In this document: in pieces, positions 1-10,634 of the stretch
Layout: every line of letters starts with the position of its first letter
Numbering within the stretch: position 1 is the first letter of the stretch
Source of the DNA: Candidatus Omnitrophota bacterium
GTDB taxonomy: Bacteria > Omnitrophota > Gorgyraeia > Gygaellales > Profunditerraquicolaceae
DNA length: 41,012 bases
Direction of reading: 5' to 3'
NCBI GenBank assembly: GCA_041308885.1
Contig: JBFZAQ010000096.1
Coordinates: forward strand, 1 to 41,012
The notes under the pieces: model-generated
The model's database searches: none
Told to the model about the DNA's origin: nothing
Seen by the model: the letters and a program-made list of their open reading frames with translations, nothing else
Position numbers and translations under genes: made by a program

Positions 1-70
1 GCTTGATTATGGATTCATTCAAGACTGGGCCGAACATCTTGGGAAAAATTGTAATGATATCGATACGCAT
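1..70 (-). CDS. trmD: tRNA (guanine37-N1)-methyltransferase TrmD, first 23 codons only; the gene runs off the window
   Basis: ATG at 70-68 on the minus strand. The translation MRIDIITIFPKMFGPVLNESIIK matches the conserved TrmD N-terminus. It is absent from the ORF track because it is truncated. Confidence 0.6.
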   Translation of the reverse strand, partial: MRIDIITIFPKMFGPVLNESIIK

Positions 71-85
71 AGTATTAGAATGATA

Positions 86-200
86 AAATCCCAATGACCA
101 AGTCCCAAATCCCAATGAATTACCAAATCCCAATGACCAATCTCCAATTGGGATTTGGTAATTGGACATTCATTGGGATTTGGGACTTGGCCATTGGGAT

Positions 201-202
<2 letters not shown>
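86..202. repeat. Palindromic intergenic element, NNNCCAA-heptamer family, copy 1
   Basis: Left arm aaatcccaatgaccaagtcccaaatcccaatgaat pairs with right arm attcattgggatttgggacttggccattgggattt. The centre is ccaattgg at 144-151. The element fills the tgt-stop to trmD-start gap. Confidence 0.9.
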
Positions 203-3904
<3,702 letters not shown>

Positions 3905-3906
3905 GG

Positions 3907-4896
3907 CTAAATAATGAGCATCGCGTCACCGTAACTATAGAACCGATAACGTTGATTTATAGCTTCCTGATAACACCCGCGCAAAAAGTCCCGGCCCATA
4001 AAAGCGGCCACCAGCATTAAGAGAGTAGTTTTAGGCAAATGAAAATTGGTTAATAAACAGTCCACCAGCTTAAAAGAGTACCCGGGATAAATGAATAAAC
4101 TCGTCTCCCCCTGAATTTGCCCGGCGGCATAGGCCTCCAGCGCCCGCGCGCTGGTAGTGCCGACTGCGAATATTCTTCCCCGCCGGCCACGCGAGTCATC
4201 AATTAACTTACGCGTGGCCTCAGGAATGACAAAATTCTCGGCATCCATAACATGCTGCTCAATTGATTCAGCCTTGACCGGCTTAAACGTGCCGAGGCCA
4301 ACGTGCAATGTCACATAACCGATACGCACACCCTTATCTTCGAGTCGGCGTAATAATCCTTGAGTAAAATGCAGGCCCGCAGTCGGAGCCGCAACGGCTC
4401 CCGGGTGCAAGGCATACACAGTCTGATAGTATTCCACATCCAAGGCTTCGCTTGCGCGCTTAATATAAGGAGGAAGCGGCATCGACCCCAAAGAATATAT
4501 ATCTTCTAAATTCTGAGTATCAAACTCTATCTCTTGGCGGCTTTTGATAACCGCCGGCAGCACCCCGCCGCTTAAAACTATCCGCTCTCCGACTTTCAGG
4601 CGCGCCGGCTTAATTAAAGCCTTAAAAACACCCGATGGCAAGCGGTTCAACAAAAGCACTTCGACTTTGCCGCCGCTGAGGCGCCGGCCGAGAAGACGGC
4701 AAGGCATAACCTTAGTATCATTGAGAATTAGGATATCATCCGGCTGCAGATAGTCAATAATATCTTTACACAACCGATGCTCGATAGCGCTGCCTTGACG
4801 CTGAGCCACCAGCATTCGCGCAGCTTCCCGCTCAGAGAGCGGATACTGAGCGATGAGCTCGGGAGGTAAATAATAATCAAAGTCAGCTAAACGCAT
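3907..4896 (-). CDS. queA: S-adenosylmethionine:tRNA ribosyltransferase-isomerase
   Basis: N-terminus MRLADFDYYLPPELIAQYP and overall QueA-like sequence. The ATG overlaps the upstream stop by 1 nt. Confidence 0.9.
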   Translation of the reverse strand: MRLADFDYYLPPELIAQYPLSEREAARMLVAQRQGSAIEHRLCKDIIDYLQPDDILILNDTKVMPCRLLGRRLSGGKVEVLLLNRLPSGVFKALIKPARLKVGERIVLSGGVLPAVIKSRQEIEFDTQNLEDIYSLGSMPLPPYIKRASEALDVEYYQTVYALHPGAVAAPTAGLHFTQGLLRRLEDKGVRIGYVTLHVGLGTFKPVKAESIEQHVMDAENFVIPEATRKLIDDSRGRRGRIFAVGTTSARALEAYAAGQIQGETSLFIYPGYSFKLVDCLLTNFHLPKTTLLMLVAAFMGRDFLRGCYQEAINQRYRFYSYGDAMLII

Positions 4897-6044
4897 TATA
4901 TGTGGGTAATTTCAGCTCCCGGATAATAATATAACAAAATTTGTTCCGCGGTTACGCCTTCCTTGGCCATAAAATACGCCCCCCACTGACACATCCCTAC
5001 TCCGTGCGCCCACCCGGTACCGTCAACGATGACATTCTCTTTGACCACGGATATATTATAACGGTTGCTGCGGATGACATTGGGTCCGAGGATATTACGA
5101 AAATCTTTACCGCTCACCTTTACTCGCCGATCTTTGGTAATGATCAATAAATCCGTAATCCTCCCCGATGGATTCGTACCGCTGACTTTAATGTCAATCA
5201 TGCCTGCAACAGAATAACCCGCTTTTATCAACAACCACTGCGCATCCTTCTTGGCTATTTCCTGATGCCAGGAATAATGTGGAGACTCACGGCAATAATC
5301 ACACACCACTCCCTTTAAAGGAACAATATCAATATCCCACAAACGAGAGGCATCTTCGGTATGACCGGCACATGTAGCATGATAATAAGCCGGGAACAAA
5401 TTGCCCTTGTAACGCAGAATCAAACCTGCCGTCTGCTCAACTGCCTCATTAGTCCGATATCGCTCGGAAATCTTGCCTCCGTAGACCTGAGAATAGATAT
5501 CGCTGGTAACATCAAAATCATTATTCCGATTTTGGCGCATCTGGTAAACCGCGTAACTGCGACAGGCAATCGCCTGGGCCTTAAGCGCTTCCGGGGGCCA
5601 ATAGTGAGAAGCCTCATGGTAAAGGATCCCTTTAATATAATCTTCAATATTAATATGATTGACCGCCGCGAAATTGCCGTTATTCTTCCTGATAAACTCA
5701 ATATCTCCGCTGAATGAACGATCGCCGATATAAATCGGATCCGCCGCTGAGGTCTTAAGCAATAGTTTGCGCACAGCATAATTCTTTTGTCCCAGCCTGA
5801 TACCATTATTATCCGCGGCTACCGTAGCCTTAATATTTGCCCCCCGCCCGATAATCTTCAGAGTCGCCCCATCCAAGAGCTGATAGGCCCCGTCAGCTTT
5901 AAGTAATAGCGAGGCCTCATCCTGAACAACAGCAACCCGAATAGGCCGACTTAGCTCTACAGATTCGGCGGATAGGGTAAAGCGAAAAGCGAAAAGTAAG
6001 AAAAATATGAGCGGGATTAGCCCGCGCCTTAGCGTCGCGACCAT
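4896..6044 (-). CDS. SpoIID/LytB-domain protein (secreted lytic transglycosylase / amidase-enhancer family)
   Basis: Signal peptide, followed by YHEASHYWPPEALKAQAIACRSYA, HATCAGHTE and GHGVGMCQWGA motifs typical of SpoIID/LytB. Confidence 0.8.
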   Translation of the reverse strand: MVATLRRGLIPLIFFLLFAFRFTLSAESVELSRPIRVAVVQDEASLLLKADGAYQLLDGATLKIIGRGANIKATVAADNNGIRLGQKNYAVRKLLLKTSAADPIYIGDRSFSGDIEFIRKNNGNFAAVNHINIEDYIKGILYHEASHYWPPEALKAQAIACRSYAVYQMRQNRNNDFDVTSDIYSQVYGGKISERYRTNEAVEQTAGLILRYKGNLFPAYYHATCAGHTEDASRLWDIDIVPLKGVVCDYCRESPHYSWHQEIAKKDAQWLLIKAGYSVAGMIDIKVSGTNPSGRITDLLIITKDRRVKVSGKDFRNILGPNVIRSNRYNISVVKENVIVDGTGWAHGVGMCQWGAYFMAKEGVTAEQILLYYYPGAEITHI

Positions 6045-6244
6045 AGCCAGAAAACTAGCGAGAGAATTACACTTACCAACAAAGAAGTCACAATCGGAAA
6101 ATAAAAAGTAAGATTCTTGCGTTGGATATAAATATCGCCGGGCAGCTTGCCAAGAAACGGTATTTTCCCAGCCAGAACCACAATCGCCCCCACCGCAATT
6201 AATCCAATACCTAAAATAATCAGCGTTTTCCCTAAATCGTGCAT
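6029..6244 (-). CDS. Small two-TM membrane protein, DUF2905-like
   Basis: 71 aa with two hydrophobic helices flanking GKLPGDIYIQRKN, a pattern I recall for DUF2905. Starts with ATG. Confidence 0.55.
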   Translation of the reverse strand: MHDLGKTLIILGIGLIAVGAIVVLAGKIPFLGKLPGDIYIQRKNLTFYFPIVTSLLVSVILSLVFWLWSRR

Positions 6245-6280
6245 AATATATTGCGACCTATAGTAACCTTCTTGCCAACC

Positions 6281-6330
6281 TGCAACCTCGATTAACCTCG
6301 GTTAACCCTGATTAACCTTGGTTAACCTGC
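6281..6330. repeat. Five tandem 10-bp units (A/G)TTAACCYYG containing two GGTTAACC palindromes
   Basis: Sequence tgcaacctcg attaacctcg gttaaccctg attaaccttg gttaacctgc. The array encodes the last 9 codons and the stop of queH. Confidence 0.85.
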
Positions 6331-6874
6331 CTTGACTCTTTTTTTTTATGCGGCTGCGCTCTAATTCCGAATACAAACACCCGCAGTATTTCTGACAGTA
6401 GATCCCTTGGGCCCTGGCTTTATTATGCGCCTCCCGGAAACCGGGACGAAAATCTTCATAGTAGAAATCTACTGCCTCTTGAAGCCCGATATCCGTACCT
6501 ATTGTCTTTAGCCTCTCCTGATCCTGATAAGGACTAACCAAAAGGGTTGTCGAGAAATAAGGAATACCCTTTTCCTTGGCGATTTTGGCGGTCTGGCGTA
6601 AACGCAGCTCCCAACAGATGGCGCACCGACCGGGAATTGCTTCCCGCATATTCACCGCGCGAAAGAATTCCTGAGGTTCATAGGCAGCATATAAAACCTC
6701 GACCCCCGCAGATTGACTAAGCGCCTCTACTGCCTGCCGGCGCATTTTATACTCGCTTAGAGGATGGATATTCGAATTACAAAATAACCCCACCACCTCA
6801 AACCCCTTAGCCCGCAGGCTCTCCAAAGGATAAATCAAGCATGGGGCGCAACATATGTGGAAGAGTAATTTCAT
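6302..6874 (-). CDS. queH: Epoxyqueuosine reductase QueH (DUF208 family)
   Basis: MKLLFHICCAPC N-terminal cysteine motif plus CAICW and CGC cysteines typical of QueH. Confidence 0.8.
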   Translation of the reverse strand: MKLLFHICCAPCLIYPLESLRAKGFEVVGLFCNSNIHPLSEYKMRRQAVEALSQSAGVEVLYAAYEPQEFFRAVNMREAIPGRCAICWELRLRQTAKIAKEKGIPYFSTTLLVSPYQDQERLKTIGTDIGLQEAVDFYYEDFRPGFREAHNKARAQGIYCQKYCGCLYSELERSRIKKKSQGRLTKVNQG

Positions 6875-6878
6875 AATC

Positions 6879-7301
6879 TCATTCTTTTAGCGGGGTAATA
6901 TACTTTTTGATAAATTTTTCGATATATCGCACTACTTCTTCTTTAGCATTGCTGGGGCTAGCGGCGACCCAAACTGCGAAATTATAAAGGGTTTGCGTGT
7001 CTACTCTCATCCATTTGTTATTATTATAAAGCATATAAAACAGAGTTGTAATGGCTATTCTTTTGTTGCCATTCTGAAACGGATGATTCTTAATCATTAG
7101 ATAGAAAATCACGCTCGTCTTGCCGGCAAAAGTGGGGTATAGGTCCTTTTTAGCAAAAGACTGAAACGGCGCTGATAGACAGCTCTCCAACACGTTAGGA
7201 TAACGGGTGCCAAAATCAGGAATCGGTTCATTAAAAGACAGGCTTTGCTGCGCTAATCTGAAAGCCACTCTCTCAACCTCTTCGACCATTAATGGCTGCA
7301 T
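6879..7301 (-). CDS. doc: Doc (death-on-curing) / Fic-fold toxin
   Basis: HPFQNGNKRIA matches the Doc variant of the Fic motif (H-x-F-x-N-G/A-N-K-R). 140 aa. It overlaps the upstream small HTH gene by 1 nt. Confidence 0.85.
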   Translation of the reverse strand: MQPLMVEEVERVAFRLAQQSLSFNEPIPDFGTRYPNVLESCLSAPFQSFAKKDLYPTFAGKTSVIFYLMIKNHPFQNGNKRIAITTLFYMLYNNNKWMRVDTQTLYNFAVWVAASPSNAKEEVVRYIEKFIKKYITPLKE

Positions 7302-7570
7302 TATGCCTGCCCTAAAAGTTTTAGAACTTCCCCGTATTCCTGAACGGTTTTTTCCACCGCCTTATCAATTTTATTCTTTGCGGCATCTCCCAAAGGTCTA
7401 CCACTAACGGCCACTGTGTTTTCCCTGACATAATCTTGGGGAATAGCGAAGCTGCGGCCTACCCTAATGGCTTTAATTTTACCCTGCTTTACTTGCTTAT
7501 ACACGGCAATCCGGCTTAATCCCATAATCTTGGCCAGTTCGGCAATGGAAATAAATTCTTTCTCTTTCAT
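7301..7570 (-). CDS. Excisionase/MerR-type HTH DNA-binding protein, probable antitoxin of Doc
   Basis: ISIAELAKIMGLSRIAVYKQVKQGKIKAIRVGRSFAIP is an excisionase-family HTH. There is a GGAG RBS, and the gene sits immediately upstream of doc with an overlap. Confidence 0.7.
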   Translation of the reverse strand: MKEKEFISIAELAKIMGLSRIAVYKQVKQGKIKAIRVGRSFAIPQDYVRENTVAVSGRPLGDAAKNKIDKAVEKTVQEYGEVLKLLGQA

Positions 7571-7601
7571 AACTATCTCCTATATAACAATTTATAACAC
7601 A

Positions 7602-7661
7602 ATTAACCTATGTTAACTAAAACTATCAGGTTAACAGTTGTTAACCCAAATATAGGTTAAC
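7602..7661 (-). promoter_or_regulatory. Cluster of GTTAAC palindromes; candidate operators of the HTH-doc operon
   Basis: GTTAAC occurs at 7612, 7630, 7640 and 7656, with ATTAACC at 7602. All lie within 60 bp between a possible promoter (TTGACC 7688-7683, TATGTT 7664-7659, minus strand) and the RBS. Confidence 0.4.
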
Positions 7662-7720
7662 ATACCAGACTATGTCTGTCAAGGTCAATCTGGATTTAAA
7701 CCGGGGAGCGAAGTTTAGCT

Positions 7721-7858
7721 TTAGCCTTGTTTAGCTTCGCACTTATTGCACACACCCGGCTCTTTAATCGAGGGCTTTACACCAAACAGTTTCAGGGGTA
7801 TCCACTTATACAGGAATCCTTCCAGCGGGACTTTGCATTTCCTACACTTCTTAGGCAT
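7721..7858 (-). CDS. Unannotated 45-aa zinc-ribbon-like protein
   Basis: ATG at 7858 is preceded by AGGAG about 7 nt upstream. Hand translation: MPKKCRKCKVPLEGFLYKWIPLKLFGVKPSIKEPGVCNKCEAKQG, with CxxC...CxxC. It is below the ORF-track length cutoff. Confidence 0.6.
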   Translation of the reverse strand: MPKKCRKCKVPLEGFLYKWIPLKLFGVKPSIKEPGVCNKCEAKQG

Positions 7859-7904
7859 GATACACTCCTGTCCCATTAATTATGCGTTTGCGGGGTTCAT
7901 CGCG

Positions 7905-8050
7905 GGCATAAAGACTGCTGCGGGGCTTTTTTACGCACGCAAAGCAAATCCCTGCGCAAATTATAGAGGCGCCCAGAAAAACGCAAGCCTTACCACCCGC
8001 AAACACGTCTTAGCCTCAAACCCAATAAAACCAAAAACGTCCCTATTTTT
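7905..8050. repeat. A-unit direct repeat, copy 1 (uninterrupted)
   Basis: About 90 percent identical by eye to 8085-8119 plus 8240-8352. The shared block is caaatccctgcgcaaattatagaggcgcccagaaa.acgcaagccttaccacccgcaaacacg... Confidence 0.85.
7960..7986 (-). promoter_or_regulatory. Candidate sigma70-type promoter inside A-unit 1, reading toward the 45-aa ORF
   Basis: On the minus strand: TTGCGT (7986-7981), 15-nt spacer, perfect TATAAT (7965-7960). The same hexamers are conserved in A-unit 2 at 8288-8283 and 8267-8262. The short spacer lowers confidence. Confidence 0.35.
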
Positions 8051-8084
8051 CTTGCACTTTACAGACTTGTAGAACCCTCCCAAC

Positions 8085-8352
8085 GGCATAAAGCTTGCTG
8101 CGGGGCTTTTTTGCGCACGAAAATTTTTTCCGTGCGCTACGGTTTGCCGCTCGCTACGGTACCTACTTACGCAAAGCCGATTACGTACCTTCGCTCGCGG
8201 CAAATCCTTGCAGACTTTTGCCAAAAATTTTCTAACGCCCGCAAACCAAATCCCTGCGCAAATTATAGAGGCGCCCAGAAATACGCAAGCCTTACCACCC
8301 GCAAACACGCCTTAATCTCAAATACAATAAAACCAGAAACGTCCCCTATTTT
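8085..8352. repeat. A-unit direct repeat, copy 2, interrupted by hairpin element B1
   Basis: 8085-8119 aligns to 7905-7939 and 8240-8352 aligns to 7938-8050. The intervening ~120 nt has no counterpart in copy 1. Confidence 0.85.
8113..8239 (-). repeat. B element copy 1: ~125-nt rod-like imperfect hairpin
   Basis: The reverse complement aligns end to end with 9102-9225 and 9363-9485 (ggcgttagaaaattttt...ggaaaaaatttt). Internal stems are ttgccgc/gcggcaa and ggtac/gtacc. Confidence 0.85.
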
Positions 8353-8357
8353 ACCAA

Positions 8358-8876
8358 CTATGCCCGTTGTAAAACTTCCTTAAATTTTTTGTAGAATAAA
8401 GACTTTCCCAGCCCGCTATAATATTTAATATTAATATCATAATCCTTAAGAGCATTTTTTGCTTTATCGCTAATAAACTCCGGATTCTTAATACGGAACC
8501 ATGCTTGATATATCGACATATCCTCAGGTATGTCGTTAGTAAGCATGATATACATTTCTACGGCGTCCAATAATAAATATTCCGTCTGCGCAGGATTAAA
8601 TTCTAATAAAGCAGACTGATCCCTATCCGCGTGTTTAAAGAAATTCTCCGCCTCGTTGACGGCGGATAAATACAAGCTAGCCTTGTCTTGTCTAATAATA
8701 TCTAATGCTAAACCTTTCACAAGTGATTTAACCCCTTTAGATCCTGATATATCCATTAATATCTGATGCGCAGCTGCCGTTAGTGTATGAATCGATATCG
8801 GGTCAGCGTCATTAAAAAAAAGACTAAGAGCAACGTCTAATTGGCGCCGTGCGGCGTCGATTTTTGATATTTTCAT
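8358..8876 (-). CDS. Hypothetical 172-aa protein, predicted all-helical, no recognised catalytic motif
   Basis: Clean ATG ORF. I recognise no Shine-Dalgarno sequence and no family. It is flanked by inverted B elements. Confidence 0.6.
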   Translation of the reverse strand: MKISKIDAARRQLDVALSLFFNDADPISIHTLTAAAHQILMDISGSKGVKSLVKGLALDIIRQDKASLYLSAVNEAENFFKHADRDQSALLEFNPAQTEYLLLDAVEMYIMLTNDIPEDMSIYQAWFRIKNPEFISDKAKNALKDYDINIKYYSGLGKSLFYKKFKEVLQRA

Positions 8877-9101
8877 TTGATTTTAGTTTAAATATCGCAA
8901 ATTATCGTAACAACTAAAAGAGTCTTTGTTCACTCGCGACAATCTCATTGTTCGTAAGAAATATCCGCCTTTTTGACTTTAGCCTTAATCACCTATACGG
9001 ACCATTCACAACAGATCCAAGTAGCGGATGACTCAAATCACGTGCCACGGATCAGAGCGGCAACCAGCGATTTGAAATTTTGCGCAGGGATTTGGTTTGC
9101 A

Positions 9102-9225
9102 GGCGTTAGAAAATTTTTTGCAACAGTGCGCAAGGATTTACAGCGAGCGGAGGTTAGTTACCGTATTACGTAAGTCGTAACCGCAGCGAGCTGTAAACCG
9201 TAGCGCACGGAAAAAATTTTAGCCC
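9102..9225 (+). repeat. B element copy 2 (pairing extends to about 9078-9250)
   Basis: Stems gtgcgc/gcgcac, tttacagc/gctgtaaa and gttac/gtaac. The left flank tttgcgcagggatttggtttgc is the reverse complement of the A-unit segment that flanks B1. Confidence 0.85.
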
Positions 9226-9337
9226 GCAAAGCAAATCACGGAGCAAAATTTGTGGCGTAGCACAAACGCCGGCGCGGAAAACCATCCCAAGGCCGAACCC
9301 GCTATATGCGACGCTCGGAAAAATTTTTTCCTCGTCT

Positions 9338-9507
9338 AGATTTTATGACTTTGATGTGCGGCGCGTTAGAAAATTTTTGGCAAAAGTCTGCGAGGATTTA
9401 CAGCGAGCGGAGGTTAGTTATCGTATTACGTAAGTCGTAACCGCAGCGAGCTGTAAACTGAAGCAGACGGCAAAAATTTTAGCGCCGCGCACAAAGTCAT
9501 AAAATCT
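9338..9507 (+). repeat. B element copy 3 with extended basal stem (~170-nt hairpin)
   Basis: agattttatgacttt (9338-9352) pairs perfectly with aaagtcataaaatct (9493-9507). The core 9363-9485 is about 90 percent identical to copy 2, with stem gtctgc/gcagac replacing gtgcgc/gcgcac. Confidence 0.85.
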
Positions 9508-9566
9508 CTGCTGGAAAAAATTTTCCGTTCACAAGCGAATCTACAGAACCCCACTCCTCTTCTATA

Positions 9567-10634
9567 TCAAAACAACTCTTCTTGTTTCTCGTAGGGCATG
9601 CCGAAGTGTTCGTAGGCAAGTTTTGTGCAGATGCGGCCGCGGGAGGTGCGCTTGAGGTAGCCGCTCTTAAGGAGATACGGCTCGACGGTGTCCACGATAG
9701 TATCTACTTCTTCATTGAGACTGGCGGCTAGCGACTCTACACCCACGGGTCCGCCGCCATAAGATTGCAGCATAGTCTTTAAGACTCTACGATCCAGATC
9801 ATCGAATCCGGCCCGATCCACCCCCAGATCATCGAGGATCTTAGCCACGGGAGACTTCTCGATAACCGCAAGCTTCTGCACCTGGGCGTAATCGCGCACG
9901 CGGCGCAAAAGCCGATTTGCCACCCGGGGCGTACCTCGGGCCCGCCGGGCAATCTCATCCGCGGCTTCCGCCGCCACATCGATACTTAAGGTTTTTGCCG
10001 AATGCAGTATAATCGTAGCCAAGTCCTCGAGCTTATAGAAGTCCAGATGGTAAAACATCCCAAATCGGCCGCGCAGCGGCGCCGAAATCAGGCCGGCCCG
10101 GGTCGTCGCCCCGACTAAAGTAAAAGGCTTGAGATTAAACTTGATCGTCTTGGCGTAAGGCCCCTTATCAATCACAAAGTCAATCTGAAAATCCTCCATC
10201 GCCGGATACAGGAATTCCTCAACCACGCGGGAGAGCCGATGGATCTCATCGATGAAAAGAATATCGCCCTTCTCCAGATTAGTCAGGATACCGATTAAAT
10301 CCCCGGCCCGCTCAATCGCCGGGCCGGAGGTTGAGGTAATCTTAGCATCCATTTCCCGGGAAATTATATGGGCAAGGGAAGTCTTACCTAATCCGGGGGG
10401 TCCGGAAAGCAGAATATGCTCCAGCGGCTCGCTGCGCTGTTTGGCCGCAGAAATGCAGACTTTTAAATTCTCGAGGGTGTCTTTTTGGCCGATAAATTCA
10501 TTCAACCGGCTTGGCCGCAGGGAGAGATTTAATACAATATCCTCATCGGTTTCCTGAGTTCCGGCAACTACCCTTTGCTCAAGATTGTTATCGACATCCT
10601 GACCCTTAATGAGTTTCTGCCGCGTCTGTGACAT
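9567..10634 (-). CDS. ruvB: Holliday junction branch-migration helicase RuvB
   Basis: LRPSRLNEFIGQ, Walker A GPPGLGKTSLA and DEIHRL motifs. Confidence 0.92.
   Translation of the reverse strand: MSQTRQKLIKGQDVDNNLEQRVVAGTQETDEDIVLNLSLRPSRLNEFIGQKDTLENLKVCISAAKQRSEPLEHILLSGPPGLGKTSLAHIISREMDAKITSTSGPAIERAGDLIGILTNLEKGDILFIDEIHRLSRVVEEFLYPAMEDFQIDFVIDKGPYAKTIKFNLKPFTLVGATTRAGLISAPLRGRFGMFYHLDFYKLEDLATIILHSAKTLSIDVAAEAADEIARRARGTPRVANRLLRRVRDYAQVQKLAVIEKSPVAKILDDLGVDRAGFDDLDRRVLKTMLQSYGGGPVGVESLAASLNEEVDTIVDTVEPYLLKSGYLKRTSRGRICTKLAYEHFGMPYEKQEELF

Noticed and set aside
2-97. Plus-strand open frame ending at TGA 95-97 (LDYGFIQDWAEHLGKNCNDIDTHSIRMIKSQ)
   Set aside because: The opposite strand encodes a textbook TrmD N-terminus starting at 70, and the last codons of the plus frame run into the palindromic repeat.
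7746-9173. Track ORFs 7746-8072(+), 7961-8308(-), 8111-8383(+) and 8973-9173(+) in the repeat island
   Set aside because: They read through the A and B repeat units. The same peptide (CAGIWFAGVRKF...) appears on opposite strands only because the DNA is an inverted repeat. Differences between copies preserve base pairing rather than codons, and there is no RBS.
8113-9507. Integron attC sites or a cluster of attC sites lacking an integrase (CALIN) as the identity of the B hairpins
   Set aside because: The idea is tempting: imperfect ~125-nt hairpins with bulges, GTTAGAA/TTCTAAC resembling the GTTRRRY/RYYYAAC cores, and TA genes nearby. The evidence against it is stronger. The GTT box sits at the 5-prime end of the hairpin and the partner arm reads TTTTAGC, which is the reverse of the attC R''...R' order. 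Copies are in mixed orientation, and no intI or attI is in the window. A run of an attC covariance model (IntegronFinder) would settle it.
7905-9507. CRISPR array, type III toxin-antitoxin RNA repeats, or a retron msr/msd
   Set aside because: There are no short regularly spaced direct repeats with unique spacers. The B copies are not tandem, since the 264-nt spacing has unrelated filler and one copy is inverted. No cas gene, endoribonuclease toxin or reverse transcriptase gene is adjacent.
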